Positions 9,189 through 18,374 of a stretch of DNA of 64,000 bases are shown here, piece by piece. Source of the DNA: Dehalococcoidia bacterium. Lineage in GTDB: Bacteria; Chloroflexota; Dehalococcoidia; Lucifugimonadales; Australimonadaceae. The stretch covers positions 200,993 through 264,992 of the forward strand of contig OZ252105.1 of assembly GCA_965248455.1 (NCBI GenBank), read 5' to 3'. Under the pieces are notes generated by a model, which did not search any database, was not told the DNA's origin, and saw only the letters and a program-made list of their open reading frames with translations. Position numbers and translations under genes: made by a program. The stretch's first letter is position 1. Every line of letters starts with the position of its first letter.

Positions 9189-10175
9189 ATGGTCAGGGCA
9201 TCCAGGGCGGTATGGCGGTACCGGTGGGAGATTGCGCCGTTCCTTCTGGCCGGCGCAGCGCAGGCTGTCCCCTATTGGTTCATCGCTCTGCTCCACAATT
9301 TCGGTCTGCTCTCCTCTGCGAGGTGGGCTACGGGACGTTCAGGTTGGCAGGCGGCCTACCCGGGGGACGCAGTTTGGTTCCTGTCCGGCATCGTTGGATT
9401 CGCTCTGTTATTCGTTGTGTTACGACATGGCATCCGTCGGTTGGAGGCTCTGGGTCGCCCCGTTACGAAAGCGCTATGGGAGGCGTTGCTGTTGGCGCTG
9501 GGGGTGTCGCTGCTCGCCTATGCTGCGTGGCATGCCCTGACCGTATTCCTTGGGTTGGGTGTCTGGTGGAACGTTTACCCGTGGTTCTACTACCTTGTTC
9601 TTCTTTCGATCGTGGGGATCGTGGGGTGGGCGGTACGCACACTCTGGAGCAGGGGGGCAGCAACCGCGCTTTTCATAGTCATCGCCGCCATCATCGTCGC
9701 AGGCTCCGCTGCTCCTAGGATGTACACTGTGCGCTTGGAAGCCGAGGTGCTGTGGCTTGGCGCTTGGCTAACTATCTGGGCTATCTTCGCTGCTCAGCTG
9801 CTGCTCCTCCTACTCACGGGAGTGCTCGCCCACCATCTGCCATCCCAACCCGCGTGGCGGCAATGGCTGATGACGGGAGGACTCCTCACCACTGCAAGCG
9901 CCGTAAGGGTCGCCACTCTGGTACTACTGGAAGCGTTGGGGAGCACATCCCTTCCTTTCTGGTTCGGCTACGTCTGGGATCTGCTTGAGAGCGGCGACAC
10001 GCCTCTTCGTGTTCCTCCTGTTGGTGTTGTTGTGGCTACCAACCTGGCGCACGTCTATGCAGTCGCAGCACTCGCATTCGTGGCTTCGTTCGGATTCCAC
10101 ACGCTGCTTCGGAGGCGCCACTCCGCCGCCTCTGAAGCCGACCCCCCGCCTGCGCCGGCTAGCGAAGAGCGCTGA
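9189..10175 (+). CDS. hypothetical polytopic membrane protein
   Basis: Multiple long hydrophobic segments (FLLAGAAQAVPYWFIALL, LLALGVSLLAYAAW, ...). ATG 9189 was chosen because the upstream ORF part runs through repeat B. No clear RBS. Confidence 0.5.
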   Translation: MVRASRAVWRYRWEIAPFLLAGAAQAVPYWFIALLHNFGLLSSARWATGRSGWQAAYPGDAVWFLSGIVGFALLFVVLRHGIRRLEALGRPVTKALWEALLLALGVSLLAYAAWHALTVFLGLGVWWNVYPWFYYLVLLSIVGIVGWAVRTLWSRGAATALFIVIAAIIVAGSAAPRMYTVRLEAEVLWLGAWLTIWAIFAAQLLLLLLTGVLAHHLPSQPAWRQWLMTGGLLTTASAVRVATLVLLEALGSTSLPFWFGYVWDLLESGDTPLRVPPVGVVVATNLAHVYAVAALAFVASFGFHTLLRRRHSAASEADPPPAPASEER

Positions 10176-10182
10176 GTATCCT

Positions 10183-10279
10183 GGGGTTCACCCTCATCCC
10201 CGCCTGGATTCCAGCCTTCGCTGGAATGACGGGGACAGGGGGCCGGGGATGCGAGGTTCCCGCCTTCGTGAGAACGACG
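10183..10279 (+). repeat. partial module A + hairpin variant + module B
   Basis: ggggttcaccctcatcc (A tail), attccagccttcgctggaat palindrome, ggggatgcgaggttcccgccttcgtgagaacgacga (B). Confidence 0.7.
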
Positions 10280-10351
10280 AACCACTAACGACTGAGGTTG
10301 CATGTGAGGCGTGTCTCCGTGAAGATGCGGTGCAGGGAGCGTGTGAGCCTT

Positions 10352-10573
10352 ATGCGATGGCCTGAGTCGCCGGATGAGATCGTTGTGCGGGATGGTCATC
10401 TGACTATCAAGCTGTTCAAGCTTGACGGCGGCTGGTACGCACAGGTGGAGTCTTCGCTGGAGGGTAAGATCTTCGAGGGGCGCGTGACGGAGATGTCCGG
10501 CCTGCTCGCGGGGCATCCGCTCGTGAGTACGCTGGTCGAGACTGGCGACGATGAAAATACCAATGGTGGATAG
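10352..10573 (+). CDS. small hypothetical protein
   Basis: ORF only (MRWPESPDEIVV...). No recognised motifs and a weak RBS. Confidence 0.25.
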   Translation: MRWPESPDEIVVRDGHLTIKLFKLDGGWYAQVESSLEGKIFEGRVTEMSGLLAGHPLVSTLVETGDDENTNGG

Positions 10574-10585
10574 GAGAGGGGCCAG

Positions 10586-11407
10586 GTGACTGACAGACTT
10601 GCCGGGAAGGTTGCGATCGTAACGGGGGCAGGGTCGAGCGGGGCGGGAGTCGGCAACGGGAAGGCTGCGTCCATTCTGTTCGCTCGGGAGGGCGCGAGCG
10701 TCCTGCTGGTGGATCGTGAACTGGAGCGCGCGCAGGAGACGCTCGCGCTGATCGAGGCGGAGGGCGGCACAGCGTCGGCTATCGCGGGCGACGTTACGAG
10801 CGCGGCGGACTGCGAGAACATCGTGCGCGCCGTCGTCGAGCGGTACGGACGGCTCGACATACTGCACAACAACGTGGGCATCTCCACGCGCGCTAACGTG
10901 GTGGAGGTAACCGAGGAGCAGTGGGATCACATCATGGCGGTGAACGTCAAGAGCATCGTGCTGACCTCGAAGTACGCTATCCCTGAGATGAAGAAGAACG
11001 GCGGCGGGTCGATCATCAACCTTGCGTCCATTGCCGGGCTGCGGGCGAACAGCAGCGCTCCGTATACGGCGTCGAAAGCGGCAGTTATCGGCCTTACGAC
11101 GTCGATGGCGGGCGACCACGGAGGGGATGGCATACGGGTGAACTGCATCGCCCCGGGGCTGGTGTACACGCCGATGGTTGCGCCGCGCATGGATGACGAT
11201 CTGCGGCAGGTACGCAAGCGCGCCGCGCCGCTCGGCACGGAGGGCACCGCCTGGGACGTTGCATGGGCGGCGGTGTACCTGGCAAGCGACGAGGCTCGCT
11301 GGGTTACCGCCATCACGTTGCCGGTCGACGCGGGTCTGCTGGCGACCTCTCCCGTTACGTACAACAGACTCGGTCAGCAGCAGCACGGAGGCCCCGTCAC
11401 CGGATAG
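10586..11407 (+). CDS. SDR family oxidoreductase
   Basis: GKVAIVTGAGSSGAGVG glycine-rich loop and YTASKAAV catalytic motif. GTG start after GGAGAGGGG. Confidence 0.85.
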   Translation: MTDRLAGKVAIVTGAGSSGAGVGNGKAASILFAREGASVLLVDRELERAQETLALIEAEGGTASAIAGDVTSAADCENIVRAVVERYGRLDILHNNVGISTRANVVEVTEEQWDHIMAVNVKSIVLTSKYAIPEMKKNGGGSIINLASIAGLRANSSAPYTASKAAVIGLTTSMAGDHGGDGIRVNCIAPGLVYTPMVAPRMDDDLRQVRKRAAPLGTEGTAWDVAWAAVYLASDEARWVTAITLPVDAGLLATSPVTYNRLGQQQHGGPVTG

Positions 11408-11469
11408 CGGGCGTGTGGTACGCTCTCGCAGGGCTTGGCAGACTAGGCGCCCTATGCGCTGGAGGAGAC

Positions 11470-12561
11470 ATGAAAGCGGCTGTTCTGGTTGAAAGCAATG
11501 CACCACTCGTCATCACGGATGTCGAGCTGGACCCACCCAAGGCGCATGAGGTTCGCGTGCGCATCGCGGCGGCGGGCGTCTGCCGCAGCGACCTGCACTT
11601 CATGCGCGGCGAGGCGGTCATCGCGCGGCCTGCCGTGCTGGGCCACGAAGGCTCCGCCATCGTGGAGGAGGTGGGCGAAGGGGTAACGCGGGTAGCGCCC
11701 GGCGACCACGTCATCCTCTCGTTCGTTCCGTTCTGCGGGCATTGCAACTCCTGCCTGAGCGGCAGGGCGAACATCTGCGATACGCATCTCAAGACGGGCC
11801 CCAATATGTTCGACGGGACGCGCCGCCTCCACTGGAACGGGCAGGACGTGGCGCACATGGGCAAAGTCGCGTGCTTCGCGGAGCATGCCGTCGTCCCGGA
11901 GACGGGCTGCGTGAAGATATCGCCGGACTTTCCGCTTCCGCAGGCGGCGTTGATCGGGTGCAGCGTTACGACGGGCGTCGGCGCGGCGCTCTTCAACGCG
12001 AAGATCGAGCCCGGCAGCACCGTTGCGGTCATCGGCTGCGGCGGCGTGGGGCTGAACATCGTGCAGGGCGCACGGCTGGCCGGCGCGAGCAGGATCATCG
12101 CCGTTGACATCAACGACGCAGCGCTCGAGTTCGCCACGCGGTTCGGCGCCACCGACGCCGTGAACGCAAAGCAGACGGACGCACTGAAAGCGGTGCGCGA
12201 TCTGACCGACGGCGGCACGGATTACAGCTTCGAGTCGTTCGGCTCGTCGGAGACCGTAACGCTCGCGTTCGACTCGGCGCGCAAGGGCGGGACGGCGATC
12301 ATTGTGGGGCTTGCGGCTGTGGGAGACTACGCCAGCATCGATCCGGTGGCGCTCGTGCGGCAGGAGAAGACGCTCAAAGGCTCGTACTACGGCACCTCCC
12401 GCCCGGCGATCGACTTCCACCGGATGGTGGACCTGTACAACCGCGGGCAGATCGACGTCGATGGGTTGATCACGCGGACGTACACGCTCGATCAGATCAA
12501 TGAAGCCTATGATGAGTTGGGGCGCGGCGTCGTTGGGCGCGGCGTGATCACGTTCGGGTAG
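11470..12561 (+). CDS. zinc-dependent alcohol dehydrogenase family protein
   Basis: GVCRSDLH, GHEGSAIVEEVGEGV and GCGGVGL Rossmann motif. GGAGGAG RBS before ATG 11470. Confidence 0.85.
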   Translation: MKAAVLVESNAPLVITDVELDPPKAHEVRVRIAAAGVCRSDLHFMRGEAVIARPAVLGHEGSAIVEEVGEGVTRVAPGDHVILSFVPFCGHCNSCLSGRANICDTHLKTGPNMFDGTRRLHWNGQDVAHMGKVACFAEHAVVPETGCVKISPDFPLPQAALIGCSVTTGVGAALFNAKIEPGSTVAVIGCGGVGLNIVQGARLAGASRIIAVDINDAALEFATRFGATDAVNAKQTDALKAVRDLTDGGTDYSFESFGSSETVTLAFDSARKGGTAIIVGLAAVGDYASIDPVALVRQEKTLKGSYYGTSRPAIDFHRMVDLYNRGQIDVDGLITRTYTLDQINEAYDELGRGVVGRGVITFG

Positions 12562-12564
12562 GGC

Positions 12565-13038
12565 ATGACACACGTTACGCTGACAGTCAACGGCAAACGC
12601 CGCTCCGCAGAGGTCGAGGACCGCGACCTGCTGGTCGATCTGCTGCGCGAGAAGCTGCGCCTTACGGGAACGCACGTGGGCTGCGATACGAGTCAGTGCG
12701 GTGCGTGTACGGTGCTGGTCAACGGCGCGGCGGTGAAGTCGTGCTCGATGTTCGCGGTGCAGGCGGAGGGCGCGCGCGTCACGACGATAGAGGGCCTCGC
12801 GAAAGGCGAGACGCTCCATCCCATACAGCAGGCGTTCCATGAGCAGCACGGCTTACAGTGCGGCTTCTGCACTCCGGGGATGGTGATGATGCTGCACGAG
12901 TTCCTGAGGCGAAACCCCGACCCCTCCGAGCACGAGGTACGCTCCGCTCTGAGCGGGAACATGTGCCGCTGCACCGGCTACCAGAACATCGTCGCTTCCG
13001 CGCTGCATGCCGCGAAGACGATGCAGGCGCGAACGTGA
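12565..13038 (+). CDS. (2Fe-2S)-binding small subunit of the xanthine dehydrogenase/CoxS family
   Basis: [12 protein letters not shown] and CGFCTPG...CRCTGY cluster motifs. Confidence 0.85.
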   Translation: MTHVTLTVNGKRRSAEVEDRDLLVDLLREKLRLTGTHVGCDTSQCGACTVLVNGAAVKSCSMFAVQAEGARVTTIEGLAKGETLHPIQQAFHEQHGLQCGFCTPGMVMMLHEFLRRNPDPSEHEVRSALSGNMCRCTGYQNIVASALHAAKTMQART

Positions 13039-13910
13039 TACCCGCGACGTTTGCCTATCACGCGCCCAAGTCGCTTCGCGAGGCGGTGCGTCTGCTGCGC
13101 GAGCACGAGGGCGAGGCGCGGGTCGTCTCCGGCGGGATGAGCCTGATCCCGGCGATGAAGCTCCGGCTCGTTCAGCCCGAGCATCTCGTCGATATCGGGA
13201 GGCTGGACGAGCTCTCCTATGTCCAGCGGGCGGGCGATGGTTTACGCATCGGCGCTGCGACTACCTACCGAGACATCGAGAAGTCGCGCATCGTGGAGAG
13301 TGTTGCGCCGTTGCTCACGGAGACCGTCCGTGTGGTGGGCGACCTGCAGGTGCGGAACAAGGGCACCATCGGTGGCGCGGCGGCGCATGCCGACCCCGCG
13401 GCTGACGTTCCTGCTGCGCTGCTTGCGCTGGAGGCGAGGCTTCGCGTCGTGGGCGGGCGGCGGTCGCGCGTCATCCCCGCGCATCGATTCTTCGTCGATG
13501 CTTACGAGACGGTCCTGGGGCCGACCGAAGTGCTGACGGAGGTGGAGATTCCCAAGATGCCTCCGCGCACCGGGTGGGCCTACGTGAAATTCGCGAACAA
13601 GGCGTCGCGGTTCGCCATCGTGGGCGTTGCTGCGTTGCTGACGCTCGACCGCAAGGGCGGCGTTACGCGAGCACGGATAGCCGTCACCGGCGCAGGGCCG
13701 AGGCCGGTTCGCGCCAGGGTGAGCGAGCGACTGCTGACGGGACGGTCGGCATCGAGCGCCGCTATCGAGGCCGCCGGGGATAGAGCCTCACGCGGGATGG
13801 AGTTCCTCTCGGACATACATGGTTCCGAGGAGTACCGCGAGCATCTGACGGGAGTCATCACGAAGCGTGCGCTCGAAACGGCAGCGGAGCGCGCCGGCAT
13901 CGCGTTGTAG
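13035..13910 (+). CDS. FAD-binding medium subunit of the xanthine dehydrogenase/CoxM family
   Basis: [28 protein letters not shown] motifs. GTG 13035 overlaps the coxS-like stop (GTGA). Confidence 0.8.
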   Translation: MIPATFAYHAPKSLREAVRLLREHEGEARVVSGGMSLIPAMKLRLVQPEHLVDIGRLDELSYVQRAGDGLRIGAATTYRDIEKSRIVESVAPLLTETVRVVGDLQVRNKGTIGGAAAHADPAADVPAALLALEARLRVVGGRRSRVIPAHRFFVDAYETVLGPTEVLTEVEIPKMPPRTGWAYVKFANKASRFAIVGVAALLTLDRKGGVTRARIAVTGAGPRPVRARVSERLLTGRSASSAAIEAAGDRASRGMEFLSDIHGSEEYREHLTGVITKRALETAAERAGIAL

Positions 13911-13921
13911 GGAGGGGACTT

Positions 13922-14311
13922 ATGGCTATGACGGCAGAGCGCGTGATGAAGATTCTGGCGCAATCACGGGCGAAATCGGCGGAGCTTGGTTTGCTGACTA
14001 CGACGGCGGTCGTTGACGAGAACGGCCTGCTGCAAGGTCTGCTGCGGATGGAAGGCGCTCGCTTCACGACGGTGGAGATCGCGCAAGGCAAGGCGAGAGG
14101 GTGCGCCGGCGCTCGCCGCCCCACCGTGGAGATGGCGGAACGCGCGCAGCGCCCCGTTTTCATGTATCAGGCCATCCACCAGGGCTTCATCTTCGCGCAG
14201 GGCGGCGTGCCGATCATGGACGGCGAAGCGTTCGTTGGGGCGGTTGGCGTCTCAGGCGCAACCGACCCCAACGACGACGAGGCCATCGCTTACGCGGGCC
14301 TCGCCGATTAG
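13922..14311 (+). CDS. GlcG/HbpS-like (DUF336) heme-binding protein
   Basis: 129 aa. ...AQGGVPIMDGEAFVGAVGVSGATDPNDDEAIA is typical of the GlcG family. Confidence 0.75.
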   Translation: MAMTAERVMKILAQSRAKSAELGLLTTTAVVDENGLLQGLLRMEGARFTTVEIAQGKARGCAGARRPTVEMAERAQRPVFMYQAIHQGFIFAQGGVPIMDGEAFVGAVGVSGATDPNDDEAIAYAGLAD

Positions 14312-14342
14312 CGTCGGATAGCAGCGGCTTTCGCGGGCATCA

Positions 14343-14450
14343 CGCGGCATGGAATGCATCGGGGATATCCACGGCTCGGAGGAGTACACACGAGCATCTG
14401 CACCCGCGTCATCACTCAGTGCGCGTTGGAAGAGGCCTTCCGTGGATTGG
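14343..14450 (+). pseudogene. degenerate fragment of a CoxM-like 3' end
   Basis: Reads [15 protein letters not shown], then a 1-nt indel, versus [29 protein letters not shown] at the real coxM-like end (13790-13880). Aligned by hand at nucleotide level. Confidence 0.5.
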
Positions 14451-14633
14451 GCGCCATTCAGATGCCTGCTCAGGTAACACGGTAGCGATCACAGGTGTTT
14501 CGTGATCCGCAAACTCAACCACGAACGCCTTGCCAGACGCATGAACATGCACGATTGTCCCAACCTCCCCAGCCTGTAAACCGTCCTGTGGAAGGGCAGT
14601 TGTAAGAGTGATGATGTCATGTTCCTTGAGCAT
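14412..14633 (-). CDS. DUF4926 domain protein
   Basis: MLKEHDIITLTTALPQDGLQAGEVGTIVHVHASGKAFVVEF resembles DUF4926. GGGAGG RBS before ATG 14633. Confidence 0.6.
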   Translation of the reverse strand: MLKEHDIITLTTALPQDGLQAGEVGTIVHVHASGKAFVVEFADHETPVIATVLPEQASEWRPIHGRPLPTRTE

Positions 14634-14728
14634 CTCGCCTCCCAAGCGGGTAAGCCGTAATCAGCCGTGGACTAGTGTTCCCTGTGTCTACGACCGGTTA
14701 ACGTGGGCCTGTCTCGCATTCGGAAGCC

Positions 14729-15340
14729 TCAACCCCGGTTGTCCCACTTGTCCCAGTGCGTTACCTCGGAGGAGGGTCGGCGGGTCGTTGGGCCGTAGTT
14801 ATGCCCATCCTGCGGCCAGCCCAGGGGGATCATGGCGGCGGTTACCCAATCGTCCGGCAGGCCGATGGCCTCGCGGATCTGGGGCTCGAAACCTCGGCGC
14901 ACGCGCGTCGTCAGCACGCTGCCGAGCCCGTAAGCTCGCGCGGCGAGCAGCATGTTCTGCACGGCGGGGTAGATGGACGCGCCGTGATGCACATCCGTTC
15001 CGGGGTGGTGCGTCACGGCCAGTATCCACACAGGAACGTCCATGACGTGCTGCGCGAGGTAGTCCGCCGACGCAGCGGCGCGCTCCTCGGAGGGAGTCGA
15101 CGCTTCGCCGTGGTTCGGGCGGGCGGTCGCCGGGTAGTGCTCGGCGATGATGCGCTTGGTGGCCTCATCCTTGATGACGACGAACCCCCACTGCTGCGAG
15201 TTCCCGCCGTTGGGGGCGCGTATGCCTGCGTCGATCACCTTGCGGACGAGGTCATCCGGGACAGGGTCGGGTTTCAGGTAGCGCAGCGCTCGCTGCGTGT
15301 ACATGGCATCGAACAGACCGATATCTTCACTCATTGTCAC
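14729..15340 (-). CDS. nitroreductase family protein
   Basis: RALRYLKPDPVPDDLVRKVIDAGIRAPNGGNSQQW is a typical nitroreductase N-terminus. Confidence 0.85.
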   Translation of the reverse strand: MTMSEDIGLFDAMYTQRALRYLKPDPVPDDLVRKVIDAGIRAPNGGNSQQWGFVVIKDEATKRIIAEHYPATARPNHGEASTPSEERAAASADYLAQHVMDVPVWILAVTHHPGTDVHHGASIYPAVQNMLLAARAYGLGSVLTTRVRRGFEPQIREAIGLPDDWVTAAMIPLGWPQDGHNYGPTTRRPSSEVTHWDKWDNRG

Positions 15341-15429
15341 CGCACCTCGTTAGTATGCGTCTTGCGCGTTGGAGTAAACTTACCACGGTAACGGCTCCTA
15401 CGCTTACGCTGCCCACAACTGGAGGAAGC

Positions 15430-16662
15430 ATGCTGACCACTGATATGAATGACCGCTTGACGCAGGTTGGCCCGGGGACGCCGATGGGCGGATTGATGCG
15501 CCGCTATTGGCATCCGATAGCCGCCAGCGTAGAGCTCACCGCCGACAACCCGACGAAAGAGATTCGCCTGCTCGGCGAGGACCTGGTGCTGTACCGCGAC
15601 GCCAAGGGCACGGTCGGATGCATCGAGCCGTCCTGCGCGCATCGCAAGGCGAACCTCTCCTACGGCATACCTGAGGAGAACGGCATCCGCTGTGCGTACC
15701 ACGGCTGGATATTCAACGAGACCGGCCAGTGCATGGACCAGCCCTCGGAGCCGGAAGGTTCGAAGTTCAAGGACAAGGTGCGCATCAAAGCGTATCCCGT
15801 CGAGGAGAAGGGCGGCGTCATCCACGTCTACATGGGCCCCACGCCGGTTCCCGTTCTGCCGAACTGGGACCTCTATCAGTGGGAGGGCGTCGAGCGCTCC
15901 ACCTACGCGGTGATGCTTCCGTGCAACTGGCTGCAGTGCCACGAGAACTCGCTGGACCCCGTCCACTTCCAGTGGCTGCACCGCTACTACGGCATGTGGC
16001 GAGCGGCCAAGATCATGGGAGAGGAGACCCGCGAGGAGTTCGACCGGATATCGGCGGCTCGGGGCAGGGCGCACGTCAAGATCGGATTCGACCGCTTCGA
16101 GTACGGCATCATCAAGCGTCGGATGCTGGAAGGCGAGGATGAGAACAGCGAATGGTGGCGCATCGGCCACCCGATCCTGTTCCCGTACACGTTGCGGGTA
16201 GGGCAGGAGCGATGGTTCGAGTTCCAGCACCGCGTGCCCGTGGACGACACGCACACGCTCCATTTCGGCTACACGATCCGCGTCCCGGATCCGGGCGAGA
16301 CGATCGAACCTGCGCCGATGGTTCACGACCCCAGGCCCGCTTTCTTCGATAACGGCCGCGTGAAAGACGACTGGGTGGTGGGGCAGGATCAGCTCGCGTG
16401 GATCATCCAGGGCCCGCGGATGGACCGGAGCACCGAGGCGCTCGGCGTTACGGACATCGGGCTTATCATGTTCCGCAACCTGCTGAACGAGCAGATCCAG
16501 ATCGTGGAGGACGGCGGCGATCCGCTGAACGTTCACCGTCAGGAGAAGGAGATCATCGAGCTGCCCACGGAACATGCGTACTTCCCCGGCTACGAAGTTA
16601 CGGGAGGGCCGTTCGCGGGCTTGCAGCCCGGCCCTGTGGAGCTCGAACGCTCGCTCCTCTGA
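15430..16662 (+). CDS. Rieske oxygenase alpha subunit, paralog 2 (subfamily A)
   Basis: CAHRK...CAYHGW and NSLDPVHFQWLH. GGAGGA RBS before ATG 15430. Close to paralog 1. Confidence 0.9.
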   Translation: MLTTDMNDRLTQVGPGTPMGGLMRRYWHPIAASVELTADNPTKEIRLLGEDLVLYRDAKGTVGCIEPSCAHRKANLSYGIPEENGIRCAYHGWIFNETGQCMDQPSEPEGSKFKDKVRIKAYPVEEKGGVIHVYMGPTPVPVLPNWDLYQWEGVERSTYAVMLPCNWLQCHENSLDPVHFQWLHRYYGMWRAAKIMGEETREEFDRISAARGRAHVKIGFDRFEYGIIKRRMLEGEDENSEWWRIGHPILFPYTLRVGQERWFEFQHRVPVDDTHTLHFGYTIRVPDPGETIEPAPMVHDPRPAFFDNGRVKDDWVVGQDQLAWIIQGPRMDRSTEALGVTDIGLIMFRNLLNEQIQIVEDGGDPLNVHRQEKEIIELPTEHAYFPGYEVTGGPFAGLQPGPVELERSLL

Positions 16663-16693
16663 GCGCGCTCGGGCGCATAACGGACGTATGAGT

Positions 16694-16728
16694 AAGGGGG
16701 CTGTCGTTGCGATAGCCCCCTTCTTTTG
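16694..16728 (+). terminator. rho-independent terminator
   Basis: aagggggct (16694-16702) pairs with agccccctt (16714-16722), followed by cttttg. Confidence 0.65.
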
Positions 16729-16750
16729 AGGACGACCGGGCATGAACCGG

Positions 16751-17176
16751 TCACGGCAATTCAAGGGCGACGCGCTCATTGACAGCGTCAAAGGTACACC
16801 GGAATTGGTTAAGGATGTCGCGGCCTAGCAGCGATGGCAGTTGCGCGTCTGTCTTGCCTGCAATGAGATCGATAGCAATCTCGATTTCACGGAAACCGCC
16901 AAGGGCAGCAGTATCGTGAAATCGGAGGATAGCCTCCGTCTTCTTGGACCGTGTCTCACCGCCCACGCCGTTCGCGGTCTGGTAGCGTCCCTTGACTGAT
17001 GACATCTGGATACCCATCCTGCCCACGTCATAGGGTAGTAGCGAAGTACCATCTGCTCCCGTGTCCACGAGGAATTCTATATCTGCGTGAAGTCTTAGAG
17101 CAGGAAGGTAGACCTGAGCTAGGATGTAAGGCGCAGGCGGGGTATCGTCGTGCTGGTAGTACCCGTGTATCGCCAC
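16751..17176 (-). CDS. retropepsin-like (clan AA) aspartic protease, single lobe, copy 1
   Basis: FLVDTGADGTSL catalytic DTGA and LLGRDILNQF. GTG start lies 1 nt after the upstream stop. Confidence 0.75.
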   Translation of the reverse strand: MAIHGYYQHDDTPPAPYILAQVYLPALRLHADIEFLVDTGADGTSLLPYDVGRMGIQMSSVKGRYQTANGVGGETRSKKTEAILRFHDTAALGGFREIEIAIDLIAGKTDAQLPSLLGRDILNQFRCTFDAVNERVALELP

Positions 17177-17177
17177 G

Positions 17178-17435
17178 TTACAGAATCAAGCGCCTCGGTT
17201 TCTTGGACGCGTATCTGAGGACGGCGTGGTTCTTGGGCACTCCCTTGTTATCCATCTCCTTCAAGACGCCTTTCAATGTCTTGTGGGTAGCCACAATCGT
17301 GCCCTTGTAGACTGCCACGTAGCTGTCAGGGTACTTCTTGCGCACCTGTGGCCAGATAGAGCTGAGATAGTCGCCGTCTTCACGGAACTGCGTGTGCGTC
17401 GCCAGATCAAAGCTCGGTATGCTCTCGGTAGTCAT
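17178..17435 (-). CDS. small partner protein (DUF5678-like), copy 1
   Basis: 85 aa. ...KKYPDSYVAVYKGTIVATHKTLKGVLKEM... AGGAG RBS. Homologous by eye to 48206-48502. Confidence 0.55.
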   Translation of the reverse strand: MTTESIPSFDLATHTQFREDGDYLSSIWPQVRKKYPDSYVAVYKGTIVATHKTLKGVLKEMDNKGVPKNHAVLRYASKKPRRLIL

Positions 17436-17592
17436 GGTCAGTGACTCCTAATCCTTCTCTCTTCGTCGTATGACTTCCCCATAGGAGAATTCATTTAGCA
17501 TGATAGCAAACGCGGACGCTCGGGACGCAGCGGGTTGTTGTTGCGGAGTGGGTTTCGGTGATGCGGAGGTTGATCCATGACGAGTGCTCTGT

Positions 17593-17628
17593 TTGACAGG
17601 CCCCTTGAGTTAGTCACATACTTAGTCA
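17593..17628 (+). promoter_or_regulatory. candidate phd-vapC promoter with direct-repeat operator
   Basis: TTGACA (17593-17598), 18-nt spacer, CATACT (17617-17622). TTAGTCA is repeated at 17610-17616 and 17622-17628. Confidence 0.35.
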
Positions 17629-17650
17629 GGATGCCCATCAAGGAGCCGCG

Positions 17651-17881
17651 ATGTTAACGGTGAACGTGCACGAAGCAAAGACCCACTTGTCACGGTTGCT
17701 GGCGAAAGTCGAGGCTGGCGAGAACGTCATCATCGCCCGCAGCGGCAAGCCGGTTGCGCGGTTGGTGGGATACCAGCGCCAGGGTAAACCGCAGTTCGGC
17801 TCCTGGAAGGGCCGGATATCGCTTGACGATAGCTTCTTCGACCCACTCCCGGAGGAGGAGTTGGCCGCTTGGGAGAGATGA
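17651..17881 (+). CDS. type II antitoxin, Phd/YefM family
   Basis: MLTVNVHEAKTHLSRLLAKVEAGENVIIARSGKPVARLV is the canonical Phd N-terminus. Confidence 0.8.
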   Translation: MLTVNVHEAKTHLSRLLAKVEAGENVIIARSGKPVARLVGYQRQGKPQFGSWKGRISLDDSFFDPLPEEELAAWER

Positions 17882-17884
17882 GCA

Positions 17885-18271
17885 TTGCGGCTGCTGCTCG
17901 ATACTCACGCGTTCATATGGTGGCTTGCCGGAAGCGAACGGCTGCCGGTCATCGCCCGCCGCGCCATCGGTGACGAATCGAACGACATACTGATCAGCGC
18001 AGCGTCTGCCTGGGAGATTGCCACCAAGCATCGTCTCGGCAAGCTTCCGGGAGCCGAAGCCCTTGCGTACGACGTTGCCGGAGCCATTGCCGACGAGGGC
18101 TTTGAAGAGTTGCCCATCACCATTGAAGACGCTGCACACGCGGGAAGATTGCCCGGCTCCCATCGCGACCCCTTCGACCGGATGCTCATTGCGCAAGCGC
18201 TGAGGCGCGACCTGACGCTCATATCGAGCGAATCGTTGTTCGACCAGTACAGCGTCAGCCGTATCTGGTGA
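17885..18271 (+). CDS. vapC: type II toxin, PIN-domain VapC
   Basis: LLLDTHAFIWW...SAASAWEIATK...DPFDRMLIAQA PIN acidic residues. TTG start. Confidence 0.85.
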   Translation: MRLLLDTHAFIWWLAGSERLPVIARRAIGDESNDILISAASAWEIATKHRLGKLPGAEALAYDVAGAIADEGFEELPITIEDAAHAGRLPGSHRDPFDRMLIAQALRRDLTLISSESLFDQYSVSRIW

Positions 18272-18344
18272 ATCGACGGGCGAACCCTGACGGGTCTGCA
18301 CATTCATTGCCCACGAGGGACGCCCCTACGACAAATCGCCGCTA

Positions 18345-18374
18345 CTAGGAGACGCCCTGGCCGGAGTAGGCTAC
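18345..18374 (-). repeat. degenerate duplicate of the Gfo/Idh/MocA (copy 2) 3' end
   Basis: 24 of 30 nt identical to 18780-18809, including a 19-nt perfect run. Reads VAYSGQGVS* versus the real IAYSGQGVG*. Confidence 0.75.

Noticed and set aside
12565-13910. Annotating CoxS/CoxM-like genes as carbon-monoxide dehydrogenase.
   Set aside because: The catalytic Mo-pterin large subunit is absent from the window. Only the family can be stated, not the function.
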